Virus record (IMG/VR): IMGVR_UViG_3300028025_006190
Location: 12,978-76,977 of that record
Origin: a virus
DNA length: 64,000 nt
Strand: one strand, 5' to 3'
A program made the position numbers and the translations under genes. Shown here piece by piece: positions 29,008 to 39,161 of this stretch (within the stretch, counting starts at the first letter, position 1; every line of letters begins with the position of its first letter). The notes under the pieces were generated by a model. That model was not told the origin of the DNA, ran no database searches, and saw only the letters and a list, made by a program, of their open reading frames with translations.

Positions 29008-29487
29008 ATGACACAAACATATGAAGTAAAAGATGGGGCAAGAACGCTCCAATTTGATGGTGTCCTTTTGGGCTCATCAACATCTAGAAAACGTGGATCT
29101 ATTCGATGGATTGAGTTTGAGATCTATAAAACAGAGAGTGGTTCATACATCCTGTCAAGGATTGGTGTATCTCTCGTTTATCACTCTGGGGCCTGTAATT
29201 TAGTCGATAAATATAAACTTCGTGAAGTTGACTCTGAAGATTTAGTCGATGGATCTATGCCTTGCGAGTTGTGTCAGCCCACATTCGAAGCACCTTTTCT
29301 TTTCCCGGAAAAACTGCGCTACTGGGCCCAGGTATCAGACGATCCGCAAGCTGTCTTAGATGCTCTCTATAAATACGATGAAAAGGGTGCCAGGTATTTG
29401 ACCTGGGTTGCTAGTAGAGTGCTGGAAGAGGCTGCTGACAATGATCCAGAAATAGATTCCATCTATAGAGTTGAATATATTCCGTGA
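29008..29487 (+). CDS. Hypothetical protein
   Basis: Clean ORF with a possible H/C..CxxC metal site. Confidence 0.6.
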   Translation: MTQTYEVKDGARTLQFDGVLLGSSTSRKRGSIRWIEFEIYKTESGSYILSRIGVSLVYHSGACNLVDKYKLREVDSEDLVDGSMPCELCQPTFEAPFLFPEKLRYWAQVSDDPQAVLDALYKYDEKGARYLTWVASRVLEEAADNDPEIDSIYRVEYIP

Positions 29488-29738
29488 GTGACGAAGAAAA
29501 TAGTGAAGCCCCCGCTCGAGCCGAGTATCCAAGCCCACTACGTTCTCTGATCACAGAGCTCCACGAGGTATATCAAGAGCTCCGTATCGTGGGGTTTTCT
29601 CGTCAGACTGCAGATAGCATTGTTGCCAACATTCTTTTTGATGCTATGCTTAGTCGTCCCCTAGACGAGAATGACGATGACTATGACGACGATGATGAAG
29701 ATAATGACAAAGAAGACAATAATGACATTGGAGTTTAA
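29484..29738 (+). CDS. Hypothetical acidic protein
   Basis: GTGA coupling; Asp-rich tail. Confidence 0.55.
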   Translation: MSDEENSEAPARAEYPSPLRSLITELHEVYQELRIVGFSRQTADSIVANILFDAMLSRPLDENDDDYDDDDEDNDKEDNNDIGV

Positions 29739-29740
29739 TA

Positions 29741-31561
29741 ATGACTAATGGACTAGACGGAGTTAGTGTCCACTTTGTAGATAGCTCTGAAAAAGCCGCA
29801 CAATTTATGACCTGGCTCAGCGAGCGTCGCCCCATGAGTGCTGTGGGTGTGGACATTGAGACAGGAGAATATCCGGGCACCGACAAGAAGGGTGCCCTTT
29901 CTCCTTGGCACGGTGATATCCGTCTTGTCCAGATCGGTGACGGTATGGATGGGTGGTCAATTCCCTGGGATGAGTGGAAGGGGGTCTTCTATGAGGCTAT
30001 GGAACGTTTTGATGGCCCGATCGTCTGCCACAACATTGCTTTTGAGGCTCGTTGGTTCGCTGTAAAGTCTCACTGGGAGCTTCCGTGGCACCGAGCACAT
30101 GACACCATGCTTATGGCAAAGATTATCGATCCTCTTGGTTCTGGTGCACTTAAAGAATTGGCTCGTCGACACGTAGACACTGACGCCATTGCACTCCAAG
30201 ACACCTTGGATCTGCAATTTCGAGACAACGGCTGGACTTGGGGCACTGTCCCAGTCAATTTTCAGCCTTACTGGTCATATGGTGCTCTCGATACCGTCTT
30301 GACTATGCGTCTTTTCGAGCAGTTTTATAGAATGTGTGGCCCCGGGGCTGCCTACAGCATGCCATACGAGATTGAAATGCAGACTCGTAAAATTGCCACT
30401 CGCATGGAGATCAACGGGGCTCGCGTAGACCTTCAATACTCACAAAAAAAGCTTGATGAACTCACTCAATACACCGAGACAGTGAAGAAGTGGGCAAAAG
30501 ATACATACAACACCTCGATTACGAGCAATCTCCAGCTTGCTAAGACATTTGAGGATCTTGGTGGCATCATTAATGAGCGTACGAGAACTGGTGCCCCCTC
30601 TATGACTAAAGAGCAGCTTGAGATTCTCTATATCAATGGGAATAACGAAGTAAAAATCTTGGCCGATGCTGCTTTGAAGCAACGTAAGGCTGACAAACTT
30701 GCTAGTTCATACTTCAGCAACTTCCTCAAGGACAACATTGATGGATTAGTTCATCCATCTATTGGCACGCTGACAGCAAGAACGGGTCGTATGTCAATTA
30801 CCGAGCCGGCCCTACAAACTCTACCTTCCGGGGACTCTACGGTCCGTCGAGCGTTTATCCCACGTAATGAAGACAACGTAATCATCTCCTCTGACCTCGA
30901 TCAAGTCGAGTTCCGACTCACTGCTGCTTTTTCTCAGGATGAGAAACTTATCCAGCTATTTCACGACGCAGATGCGACCGGCGGTGATGTGTTTACGTCT
31001 ATCATGCAACAGGTCTATCAGGACAACACACTTCAAAAGTCTGATCCTCGACGCAAACTTATCAAAGGTGTCGTCTACGGAAAGCTCTACGGTGCTGGTG
31101 TAGACAAAATGGCTCTCACGGCTGGTGTTCAGACCCATGTGATGAAAGATGTTGTGGATGCATTTGACAGCAACTACCCCGGAGTAAAGGGACTACAACG
31201 CGGTATTGAAGATGCAGGTATGCGTCGTCTTCGAGAGGAGGGACTGGGGTACGTCCAGACTCGAACGGGTCGTCGTCTCCCCTGTGACTCGGATCGTGTC
31301 TACTCATTGACTAACTACCTTATTCAGGCAACGGCTGCCGAGGTATTCAAACAAAACCTCATTAAGCTTGATCAGGCTGACCTGACGGAATATTTGATTG
31401 TTCCTGTGCACGATGAGATCGTTCTTGAAGCCCCACGTGATGAGGCTCAGGAAGTTATGAGAGTTGTACAACAATGTATGACTACAACCGAGGGATGGAC
31501 TGTGCCACTGACTGCTGGTGTGGATGGCCCGTTTGATAACTGGGGGGCAAAGTATGACTAA
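29741..31561 (+). CDS. polA: Family A DNA polymerase with 3'-5' exonuclease
   Basis: DIET, HNIAFE and YGALD exonuclease motifs. RTGRMS, DLDQVEFR (motif A), RKLIKGVVYGKLYG (motif B), VHDEI (motif C). Confidence 0.95.
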   Translation: MTNGLDGVSVHFVDSSEKAAQFMTWLSERRPMSAVGVDIETGEYPGTDKKGALSPWHGDIRLVQIGDGMDGWSIPWDEWKGVFYEAMERFDGPIVCHNIAFEARWFAVKSHWELPWHRAHDTMLMAKIIDPLGSGALKELARRHVDTDAIALQDTLDLQFRDNGWTWGTVPVNFQPYWSYGALDTVLTMRLFEQFYRMCGPGAAYSMPYEIEMQTRKIATRMEINGARVDLQYSQKKLDELTQYTETVKKWAKDTYNTSITSNLQLAKTFEDLGGIINERTRTGAPSMTKEQLEILYINGNNEVKILADAALKQRKADKLASSYFSNFLKDNIDGLVHPSIGTLTARTGRMSITEPALQTLPSGDSTVRRAFIPRNEDNVIISSDLDQVEFRLTAAFSQDEKLIQLFHDADATGGDVFTSIMQQVYQDNTLQKSDPRRKLIKGVVYGKLYGAGVDKMALTAGVQTHVMKDVVDAFDSNYPGVKGLQRGIEDAGMRRLREEGLGYVQTRTGRRLPCDSDRVYSLTNYLIQATAAEVFKQNLIKLDQADLTEYLIVPVHDEIVLEAPRDEAQEVMRVVQQCMTTTEGWTVPLTAGVDGPFDNWGAKYD

Positions 31562-32024
31562 GCATGTAATTGTTGCAGTAGATCCTGGTAAGGCTACTGG
31601 AGTGGCTGTATTTGAATTTGTCAAGGGTGAAGAGCCAGTGATGATTGAAACAGCAGAAGTTCAGTTTGAGACTTTCGCCCCCTGGGTGCGTAAGTGGCTT
31701 AATCACTACGTAATGGAGGACGTGTCTCTACATATCGTTTGTGAGAGGTTTACCATTAATGCTCAGACGGTGAAAAATTCCCAGGCTCCATTCTCTCTTG
31801 AAGAGATTGGTGTGCTCAAGCAGACCATGCTTGATTGTGGGTTGGAAGTGGGAGATCTAAAATTTCAATCTCCAGCTGACGCAAAAGCAATGTTTGACAA
31901 CACTAAGCTCAAGAAACTGGAATACTGGAGCAGAGGCGGAGAAGGCCACGCACTAGATGCTATTAGGCATGGACTGCTGTATATGGTAAAGTTAGGCTGG
32001 AATCCGCTGCCAAAACTTCGGTAG
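31554..32024 (+). CDS. RuvC-like Holliday junction resolvase
   Basis: AVDPGKATG, VCERF and HALDAIRH motifs. Confidence 0.75.
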   Translation: MTKHVIVAVDPGKATGVAVFEFVKGEEPVMIETAEVQFETFAPWVRKWLNHYVMEDVSLHIVCERFTINAQTVKNSQAPFSLEEIGVLKQTMLDCGLEVGDLKFQSPADAKAMFDNTKLKKLEYWSRGGEGHALDAIRHGLLYMVKLGWNPLPKLR

Positions 32025-32050
32025 ATTCTAAAAACAAACTAAGGACAAAA

Positions 32051-33877
32051 ATGACAATCATTGCAGAACTCAATGAGTCCGGCGATCAGATTATTATTGA
32101 CGCCGAGTGGCGTTATAAAGAGCTGTGTAAGAGCATCCCCGGTGCTACCTGGTCTGCCAAAGACAGTCAGTGGCGTATGCCCGTGTCTTGGTCTGGCTGC
32201 TTGGCTCTTCGGTCTACTTTTAAGACTCAGCTAGAGATTGGTCCAGCACTGTCTGCTTGGGCTATGTCTGAAAAAACTACACGGGTGGATCCGTCAAACG
32301 CTCTACGAGAACTTACCGAGATCGAGGGCGGATATGAAGACCTCTTCCCCCATCAGCGTGCTGGTGTTGAGTTCTTGGCAACTGCGCGTCGTGCTCTTCT
32401 CGCTGACGAGCCTGGGCTAGGTAAGACTGCTCAAGCTATCCGAGCTCTCGCCCATCTAAGCGAGCAGGGTGAGGATGTCTTCCCGGCTCTTATTGTTTGC
32501 CCCAACACTCTGAAGAAGAACTGGGAACGTGAGTTCGCTCAGTGGTGGCCAGGTATTCGTGTTCAGGTTATTGGCGGGACTGCCACAGTTCGACGTAAGC
32601 AGTTCGACACCCTCATTGACCCCGAAGACGGAGATCCGAGGCCTCATGTTTTAGTCATCAACTGGGAATCTCTCCGCAGCCACTCGCGACTTGCCCCCTA
32701 TGGGTCTGTTGCCTTAGCACGCTGCCCTGAATGTGGTGGCCACAATGACAGCGTCAGCCCTGCTCGGTGTGAGGTACATGAGCGGGAACTCAACAAGATA
32801 GATTTCAAGTCGGTCATTGCTGACGAGATTCACCGATCTAAAGATCCCAAGGCTAAGCAAACTCGTGCTCTGTGGTCGGCCACGGGAGATGCAGACATTC
32901 GTTTTGCACTCACTGGTACTCCTATTGCCAACAATGTTCTTGACATCTGGACTATCCTCCACTGGCTCTCTCCCGAAGAGTGGCCGTCGAAGACTCGTTG
33001 GATTGACCGCATGGTAGACACGATGCTTAATGCATTCGGAGGTCTCATGGTTATGGGAGTCAAGTCTCACATGAATGATGAGTTCTACGCCTCTATCAAC
33101 CCTCGTATGCGTCGTATGCTCAAGCAGGTGGTGCTTCCGTGGCTTCCTGAGGTGATGGTAGATCGCCGTGACGTTGAGATGTCTGCCAAGCAGAAAAAGG
33201 CATACAACGACATGCGAGACCTCATGATAGCTGAGTTGGAGAATGGAGAGGTTGTCACGGCACCGAGTGTTTTGACTCAGACTCTTCGATTGCTTCAGTT
33301 TGCAAGTTCTTACGCAACTATTGAGATTGATGAAAATACCGGAGAGCCTAAGACTCTATTGTCGGAGCCTTCTTGTAAGATCGATGCTCTAATGAATGAT
33401 ATTCAAGGTGGAGATTTTGGCGATGACTCAGTTGCAGTATCCGCCGTGTCACGTCAGTTAATTGAACTACTCAGTGCTCGGCTCACTAAAGCCGGAATTC
33501 CTCATGGATTGATTACTGGAAAGCAGAGTGCTGATGAGCGTCAAGATGCTGTCGATGACTTCCAATCTGGCCGTACAAAGTGGATTCTATTTACAGCCCA
33601 GGCTGGTGGTGTCGGTATTACGCTGACTGCTGCTCGCCGTCTCATTCGCCTTCAGCGTCCTTGGTCACTCGTGGACGACAAGCAGGTCAATGACCGCGTC
33701 CACCGCATTGGTTCCGAAATACATGACTCGATCATCATCACAGATTATGTGACTGAGGGAACTATCGAGGAGCGTGTACGTCAAGTACTCGAAAGCAAGG
33801 CAGATAACTTTGAACAAATAGTTAAGGACAAGGACCAACTTCTTGCCCTTCTTAAGCAGGAAAAGGAGAAAAAGTAG
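32051..33877 (+). CDS. SNF2-family DNA helicase
   Basis: LADEPGLGKT, DEIH, LTGTP, GGVGITLT and DRVHRIG motifs. CPEC..C..H zinc insertion. Confidence 0.9.
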   Translation: MTIIAELNESGDQIIIDAEWRYKELCKSIPGATWSAKDSQWRMPVSWSGCLALRSTFKTQLEIGPALSAWAMSEKTTRVDPSNALRELTEIEGGYEDLFPHQRAGVEFLATARRALLADEPGLGKTAQAIRALAHLSEQGEDVFPALIVCPNTLKKNWEREFAQWWPGIRVQVIGGTATVRRKQFDTLIDPEDGDPRPHVLVINWESLRSHSRLAPYGSVALARCPECGGHNDSVSPARCEVHERELNKIDFKSVIADEIHRSKDPKAKQTRALWSATGDADIRFALTGTPIANNVLDIWTILHWLSPEEWPSKTRWIDRMVDTMLNAFGGLMVMGVKSHMNDEFYASINPRMRRMLKQVVLPWLPEVMVDRRDVEMSAKQKKAYNDMRDLMIAELENGEVVTAPSVLTQTLRLLQFASSYATIEIDENTGEPKTLLSEPSCKIDALMNDIQGGDFGDDSVAVSAVSRQLIELLSARLTKAGIPHGLITGKQSADERQDAVDDFQSGRTKWILFTAQAGGVGITLTAARRLIRLQRPWSLVDDKQVNDRVHRIGSEIHDSIIITDYVTEGTIEERVRQVLESKADNFEQIVKDKDQLLALLKQEKEKK

Positions 33878-33996
33878 TGGCTGCAAAAAAGACAACTACC
33901 ACAAATGCGGATCGCAAGGGTGGTAAAGCGTGGAAGAAGCACCCAAAGGTGTTTGATAAGACCAAACGCCGACTTGTCCCCGATGTACCTAAATAA
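33877..33996 (+). CDS. 39-aa basic micro-protein (not in ORF track)
   Basis: AAGGAG RBS and TAGTG overlap. MAAKKTTTTNADRKGGKAWKKHPKVFDKTKRRLVPDVPK fills the gap between two genes. Confidence 0.65.
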   Translation: MAAKKTTTTNADRKGGKAWKKHPKVFDKTKRRLVPDVPK

Positions 33997-34006
33997 GGAA
34001 TGACAA

Positions 34007-34957
34007 ATGACACTTCACAATAATACTGACGAGGTTTATACCCTCTCCAACTCCGAGATTCAGACGTTCAAGGACTGTCGCCGTAAGTGGTGGCTGACGT
34101 ACTACCGTCGTCTCAAGCCAAAGCAGCAGAAGTTTACCGGGCCTTTGGCTCTTGGTTCTCGTGTTCATGAGGCCCTCGATCAGTACTACACAACCGGTAC
34201 TCCTCTCCTGGACGCCCACGCTAACTTGGTGGAGCTTGATCGAATCAAGCTTGCTGACGATATGCGTGATCCTAGTGAGATCGACGGAGAGGCTGACCTC
34301 GGGCGGATTATGCTCGAAGGCTATCTTCAGTGGGTCGAAGAGGAGGGAATCGATGCTGAGCTCGAGATGATCTCTACTGAAGAGATTCTCTCTATGCCTA
34401 TGTTTGATGGGTCAATCGAGCTTCAGGGAAAGATCGACATGCGAGTCCGTCGCAAGATTGACGGTGTCCGTATGTTCCGTGACTTCAAGACTGTTGGTGG
34501 TTCGTTCTCGGACTTCTCGTCAACGGCCCACATGAACGAGCAGATCCTTACCTACATGCTGCTTGAGAATGCCAAGAACGAAGGAACCGATGAGCGTTCT
34601 GAGGGCGGAATCTTTACCTTGCTCAAGAAGGTAAAGCGCACGGCTAACGCCAAGCCTCCCTTCTTCGAGCAGTTCGAAGTTCGCCACAACCTGTTCTCGC
34701 TACGATCGTTCTGGCAGCGTCTCCACGGAACTGTGTCGGACTTGATGCGAGTGAAGAAGTCACTTGATGACGGCGTATCTCACCTGGCCGTTGCGTACCC
34801 ACGGCCTAGTCGTGACTGCACATGGAAGTGCCCGTTCTTTTCTGTATGCCCATTGATCGACGATGGTAGTGCTGCGGAACAGGCAATTCAAGAGATGTTT
34901 GTGGAATCCAACCCATATGAGTATTATGGGATAGAAGAGAAGAAAGGTACTGAATAG
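34007..34957 (+). CDS. Cas4/RecB-like PD-(D/E)XK exonuclease
   Basis: CRRKWW, GSRVH and GKID...DFKT motifs. C-terminal CTWKCPFFSVC, a probable Fe-S site. Confidence 0.85.
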   Translation: MTLHNNTDEVYTLSNSEIQTFKDCRRKWWLTYYRRLKPKQQKFTGPLALGSRVHEALDQYYTTGTPLLDAHANLVELDRIKLADDMRDPSEIDGEADLGRIMLEGYLQWVEEEGIDAELEMISTEEILSMPMFDGSIELQGKIDMRVRRKIDGVRMFRDFKTVGGSFSDFSSTAHMNEQILTYMLLENAKNEGTDERSEGGIFTLLKKVKRTANAKPPFFEQFEVRHNLFSLRSFWQRLHGTVSDLMRVKKSLDDGVSHLAVAYPRPSRDCTWKCPFFSVCPLIDDGSAAEQAIQEMFVESNPYEYYGIEEKKGTE

Positions 34958-35724
34958 TGTCAGAAGTTCAGCGTTCGCTGACGATGCTTGTCTACGGTGA
35001 GTCTAAGGTGGGTAAGTCCACCTTCGCCGTAACAGCACCGTATCCACGTCTGATGCTTGATGTTGAGGGTGGGCACCGCTTCCTCCCTATTAATGTCAAG
35101 TATTGGGACCCGCTTCGGGAGGAACCCCCTCTTGCAGACGGAACTTGGGATACCTGTGTAGTTGTCGTTCACGACTACGACACGGTCCTCAAGGCTTACC
35201 AATGGCTCCAAGCCGGTAAGCACCAGTTCAAGTCTTTGATCATTGACTCCATCTCGGAGTTGCAGGTCAAGTGCATGGACAATATCGCAGGTGTCGAAGC
35301 CATGAAGATGCAGCAGTGGGGCGAATTGCTTCGCCACATGGGTGCACTTCTTCGTGATCTTCGTGACCTCACAATGCACCCGACAGCACCACTGGAAGCA
35401 GTTGTGTTGACGGCCATGGCTACTCCGGATCGGGATGGTCGATACCACCCCTATCTCCAGGGTCAGCTAAAGGTTCAGGCTCCCTACTTTTATGACATCC
35501 TTGGTGCCATCTCAGTAGAGACTGTTCCTAACCCAGATCCAATGCAACCGCCATACAAGGTTCGCCGTATGTATGTCGAGCGCACGGATAAGTACGAAGC
35601 TGGTGAACGCGTCCAGGGGCGTCTTGGTCAGATTGTTGAGCAAGAGAACTTGGGCATTGAGCGTATGCTAGACTTGGTCTTCGGATCAAAACCCAATCCA
35701 CTACAAAACGAAGGAATGAACTAG
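34957..35724 (+). CDS. AAA-family ATPase (Sak4-like recombinase)
   Basis: GESKVGKS Walker A, LDVEGG and IIDSISE motifs. Sits between the exonuclease and SSB. Confidence 0.8.
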   Translation: MSEVQRSLTMLVYGESKVGKSTFAVTAPYPRLMLDVEGGHRFLPINVKYWDPLREEPPLADGTWDTCVVVVHDYDTVLKAYQWLQAGKHQFKSLIIDSISELQVKCMDNIAGVEAMKMQQWGELLRHMGALLRDLRDLTMHPTAPLEAVVLTAMATPDRDGRYHPYLQGQLKVQAPYFYDILGAISVETVPNPDPMQPPYKVRRMYVERTDKYEAGERVQGRLGQIVEQENLGIERMLDLVFGSKPNPLQNEGMN

Positions 35725-36288
35725 ATGAGTACGCTTAACTGGGGCGAACTTATGCGGGAAGCTAAGGCTTCTGGAGGCGTAAGTAGCTACGAGCCACTTC
35801 CAGATGGTGACTATGAGTTGAAGGTGCTTGAGTCTGTTATTAAGACGACCAGCACCGGCAAGCTCATGTTCAGCACCAAGAATGAAATTCAGGGCGGTGC
35901 GCATGCTCGCCGTCTTGTTTGGGATAACTTGGTTGTCTCAAACGACAACTCAAGCGCAATGGGTATCTTCTTTGGCAAGATGGGTTCTCTTGGTCTTGGA
36001 CAGCCGTTCTTCGATCAGGAGCCATCGACTGAGCAGATCGCTGCTGCGATGGTTGGTCGTACGTTCCGAGGTACTTTGGGCACCAAGGAGTACCAAGGTA
36101 AGAAGAGCAACGAGATTCGTCGGTACATGCCGGCTGGTCTCGCGGTAGGCTCCCCTACACCCGCGGTTGCTTCGGCTCCTGCACCCGCACCTGCACCCGC
36201 ACCTGCACCCGCACCTGCGTCTGCTGTAGAGCAGCCAATGGCATTTGCAAGCGCTCCTGCAGCCGTACCTCCGGCTCCTCCGTTCTAA
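35725..36288 (+). CDS. Single-stranded DNA-binding protein (DUF669-like)
   Basis: YEPLPDGDY...WDNLV...NEI motifs. Pro/Ala tail ending PPF. 12-bp CCTGCACCCGCA x3 at 36178-36213. Confidence 0.75.
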   Translation: MSTLNWGELMREAKASGGVSSYEPLPDGDYELKVLESVIKTTSTGKLMFSTKNEIQGGAHARRLVWDNLVVSNDNSSAMGIFFGKMGSLGLGQPFFDQEPSTEQIAAAMVGRTFRGTLGTKEYQGKKSNEIRRYMPAGLAVGSPTPAVASAPAPAPAPAPAPAPASAVEQPMAFASAPAAVPPAPPF

Positions 36289-36302
36289 ACAATAATCTCG
36301 AC

Positions 36303-36338
36303 GGGGGCTAGGATAATACCTAGCCCCCAATTTTATTT
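36303..36338 (+). terminator. Intrinsic terminator
   Basis: GGGGGCTAGG/CCTAGCCCCC stem followed by AATTTTATTT. Confidence 0.75.
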
Positions 36339-36349
36339 AGGTAGGAAAA

Positions 36350-36799
36350 ATGGCAGAACACATTGGCAGAAATGTCGACAAAACATGGGTTATCTCTCAG
36401 CTTGATGAAGCCGGAATAAAGGATCCCCTAGTTAGGAGTGAGGTTGGTAGGATCTTAGACGCCTGGGAGAGTATTGGAACTACGGTAGATCCAGGTGTTG
36501 CAGAGAAGGCACTTTCCCTCGTTTCTCGTCTTGCTCTGGGTCACACGTTGGTGGAGCCTGAAGCAGACGAAGAAGAAGTATGGGTTGACGTTATTCCCGG
36601 ACAAATTAAAGTTGCAGATACCGTTCGCATCAAGGCCCAAGCTTTTTCTGGTAAAACAGGTCAGATCCACAATGGTCGAGTAGGAAAAATTGTTGCAATT
36701 AGATATGGAGATATCATCTTCAAATCTACTGACAACAAGAACCCGGTCCTCGATGGGACTCACTATTCTCCGTATAATTTAGAGAAAAGAGTCAAGTAA
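36350..36799 (+). CDS. Hypothetical protein with SH3/KOW-like C-terminus
   Basis: ORF with RBS AGGA. Confidence 0.6.
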   Translation: MAEHIGRNVDKTWVISQLDEAGIKDPLVRSEVGRILDAWESIGTTVDPGVAEKALSLVSRLALGHTLVEPEADEEEVWVDVIPGQIKVADTVRIKAQAFSGKTGQIHNGRVGKIVAIRYGDIIFKSTDNKNPVLDGTHYSPYNLEKRVK

Positions 36800-36814
36800 T
36801 ACAACTTCTCACAT

Positions 36815-36857
36815 AATTAGGTCATCTTTAAAAAAACTAAAGATGACCTAATTTTTT
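36815..36857. terminator. Perfect 16-bp inverted repeat (terminator or operator)
   Basis: AATTAGGTCATCTTTA-N7-TAAAGATGACCTAATT followed by a T-run. Confidence 0.65.
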
Positions 36858-36881
36858 GTTATTTTTCTATATACTAAATGT

Positions 36882-37232
36882 ATGGATATTAGTAGAAAAG
36901 GTGAAAGCCTCTGGTCCGAGTGGACTGGAGTGGGTGGATCTGCAAAGTTAACATATGCGTGTGTTTTGTATTACACAGTGGGGCATATAGATCTTGAGAA
37001 CGAGGTAGTTCGAAGGGCTCTAGCCTCTGCCATTCAAAGAGATGGCGTAGCTGACGGCCTAGGCCAGGCATATAGAGCCATTAATGACTGGACAATGCTG
37101 CAGGGATGGGCCGGAGAAGTTGACGGATCCTATGAATTATTTGCATGCGATCAGTCTGGAGAGACTGAGTACGGGGAAGCAGTAGACGAAGTTCAGCCCA
37201 TCACATGGGTGGAGGTATCAACGCTTGCTTAG
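36882..37232 (+). CDS. Hypothetical protein (leaderless)
   Basis: TATACT-N6-ATG. Confidence 0.6.
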   Translation: MDISRKGESLWSEWTGVGGSAKLTYACVLYYTVGHIDLENEVVRRALASAIQRDGVADGLGQAYRAINDWTMLQGWAGEVDGSYELFACDQSGETEYGEAVDEVQPITWVEVSTLA

Positions 37233-37707
37233 TGACGACAATAATTCATTAGATTGGCAGAGAGACGGGACCTGCGCTAGCCCAGATTTTATTGAATATA
37301 GAGACTACTTTTTCTCTGAGGTTCCCGAAGAAATAGAGGATGCCAAAGAGGTCTGCACCCACTGCCCTGTTCGCAGCCAGTGTCTCGCTTGGGCCCTCAA
37401 CAATAAAGAAATCTGGGGAGTGTGGGGTGGCAAAGATGAAAATGAAATTAGAGAGGCACTATCTATCTCTGAAGAGGGTCAGGAAGTTAGAAGAACTAAA
37501 GAAGGCATAGCTCCGACATGTCTCAACTGTGAGGCAAAGACCGAAGATCTACGGACTAAAGAAGTAGACATCCCTGGTGGTGGGCGATGGACAACAAAGA
37601 AGGTTGTCACATGCAGCAGCTGTGGCTTCTACTGGACAAGTAGAACTAGTGCAAATGCTATTGAGGCTTACATGGCCCTACAGGCCAAAATTAAAGAGCT
37701 GGAATAA
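37225..37707 (+). CDS. whiB: WhiB-family transcription factor with C-terminal zinc ribbon
   Basis: C...AKEVCTHCPVRSQCL.WAL...GVWGG, plus CLNC...CSSC. Confidence 0.88.
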   Translation: MLSDDNNSLDWQRDGTCASPDFIEYRDYFFSEVPEEIEDAKEVCTHCPVRSQCLAWALNNKEIWGVWGGKDENEIREALSISEEGQEVRRTKEGIAPTCLNCEAKTEDLRTKEVDIPGGGRWTTKKVVTCSSCGFYWTSRTSANAIEAYMALQAKIKELE

Positions 37708-38893
37708 CGCCAATAAATTCTCGTGGATCATAAGAGCCACCTATAACCAATGTGAGAACTCCCGGCCTTGACTGATCTCCAGCCCGGTCACGGAACCAAT
37801 CTGAGCCGGGGTCAACTGTAGGAGCCTGTACCCAGAAACGATGTCCCACGTCGAGACTCTTGAAGTGGTGGTAGTGTCCGGAGATCCAAACATCACAACC
37901 TCCAAGAGCAGTCTGACCGAGCATCTGACCTGATAGGTATTTCTTCACATCGGTGGTGAATTGGTGCCCGTGGAAAAGACCTAGCATTGTGCCATTAATG
38001 TCTACAGCAAGAGTCTGGTGGCCGGCCGCGGGGTAACGAAACTCCACGTGGGCAAGATCAGAATTTTCCCGGCAAGCATCTTCTACTGCCGAGGCAATCT
38101 CTACGTTCCACCCATCTGCGGGATCTGCAGCCACCTGACGAGTTACTTCATCGTGATTACCATTCACCACAGGCACAACAATACGCTCAGCGAGTGGAGC
38201 AAAAGTTTTAATTTGCTGAAGCAAAAGACGACGGCCTACGCGGACCTGTTCCGTCTGTCCGAGGTCTGAAGCTGCCTGGCCCTGGAGTCGTCCGTTCTGT
38301 GAAACGTTTCCTTCGACGTGGTCTCCAACTTCTGGAATTACAATGGTTCCCAGAGAGAGCCCGTATCGTCGAAGTCCTTCAAGCCGGAGAACAGACCCTT
38401 CTGTGCCCCTGAGGATCCGCTCAACAGTTTGCGCAGTTCCTCCAGATCCGGCTCTCTTTCCAAGCTGCTTATCAGCTCCGACATGGAGATAGGCTCCATC
38501 TCCTCCGACATTTTTTATTCCCTTCCCTGGCTTCCACTTTTTAATTTCATCTACAAGCTGCTCGAGATCGAAATCACGCCCGTTGGGGTTGTGAGTTGCT
38601 GGAGAGATATTGATACGCGATGACTCAAGCCAATCCCCGTTGAATGTTTGCCACTTACCGTGGCGTGCTGAGGTAACTACCCACTCAGCGGGGTCTAGGC
38701 CGTGCTCGACGAGAATTTCTTCTGCCCCCGGGGTATTTCCAAGTGGCCGAGGAGATGAGATGGCAAATCCACCGTCAGACCCAATCTCGGATCGAGGACG
38801 CCAATTCTCTGGAGTATTAGACATTCGAGTATCTGACCCGGAGGTACCTGGACTGGCCAGTTCTTCCAGTTTCTTTTTGATGTCGTCACTCAT
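37691..38893 (-). CDS. Calcineurin-like metallophosphoesterase
   Basis: ADKQLG, GDHVEG, GNHD, FHGH and GHYHH motifs. Confidence 0.85.
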   Translation of the reverse strand: MSDDIKKKLEELASPGTSGSDTRMSNTPENWRPRSEIGSDGGFAISSPRPLGNTPGAEEILVEHGLDPAEWVVTSARHGKWQTFNGDWLESSRINISPATHNPNGRDFDLEQLVDEIKKWKPGKGIKNVGGDGAYLHVGADKQLGKRAGSGGTAQTVERILRGTEGSVLRLEGLRRYGLSLGTIVIPEVGDHVEGNVSQNGRLQGQAASDLGQTEQVRVGRRLLLQQIKTFAPLAERIVVPVVNGNHDEVTRQVAADPADGWNVEIASAVEDACRENSDLAHVEFRYPAAGHQTLAVDINGTMLGLFHGHQFTTDVKKYLSGQMLGQTALGGCDVWISGHYHHFKSLDVGHRFWVQAPTVDPGSDWFRDRAGDQSRPGVLTLVIGGSYDPREFIGVIPAL

Positions 38894-39161
38894 TAGTTTC
38901 GTCTTCCCATGCGCAGGTACAGTGTCTGTTGTAGTGCAGACCTATCGCCGTGGAGCCGATGTTGTGATCTTCGGAGGACAAGACTCGAGATAGCGACGCG
39001 TAGCTAAGTTTTCTCGGGTGTCGCTGAGGTAGATTAATGCACTCAGCAATATATGTTTTTGTCTCTTCGTCTAGCTTGTCTAGGATCAGCTGGTATTTGC
39101 ATCGATCCGACTTTTTCCGAGCCGAGACACTCTGCAGCTTTTCTAGTAGTGGTGATGTCAT
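38886..39161 (-). CDS. Hypothetical protein, possibly Zn/HTH
   Basis: GGAG RBS; C...H...C.C motif; coupled to the phosphoesterase gene. Confidence 0.55.
   Translation of the reverse strand: MTSPLLEKLQSVSARKKSDRCKYQLILDKLDEETKTYIAECINLPQRHPRKLSYASLSRVLSSEDHNIGSTAIGLHYNRHCTCAWEDETNE

Noticed and set aside
34007-34957. CRISPR-Cas system suggested by the Cas4-like gene
   Set aside because: No repeat-spacer array or other cas genes are visible. The exonuclease-AAA-SSB context is a recombination module.
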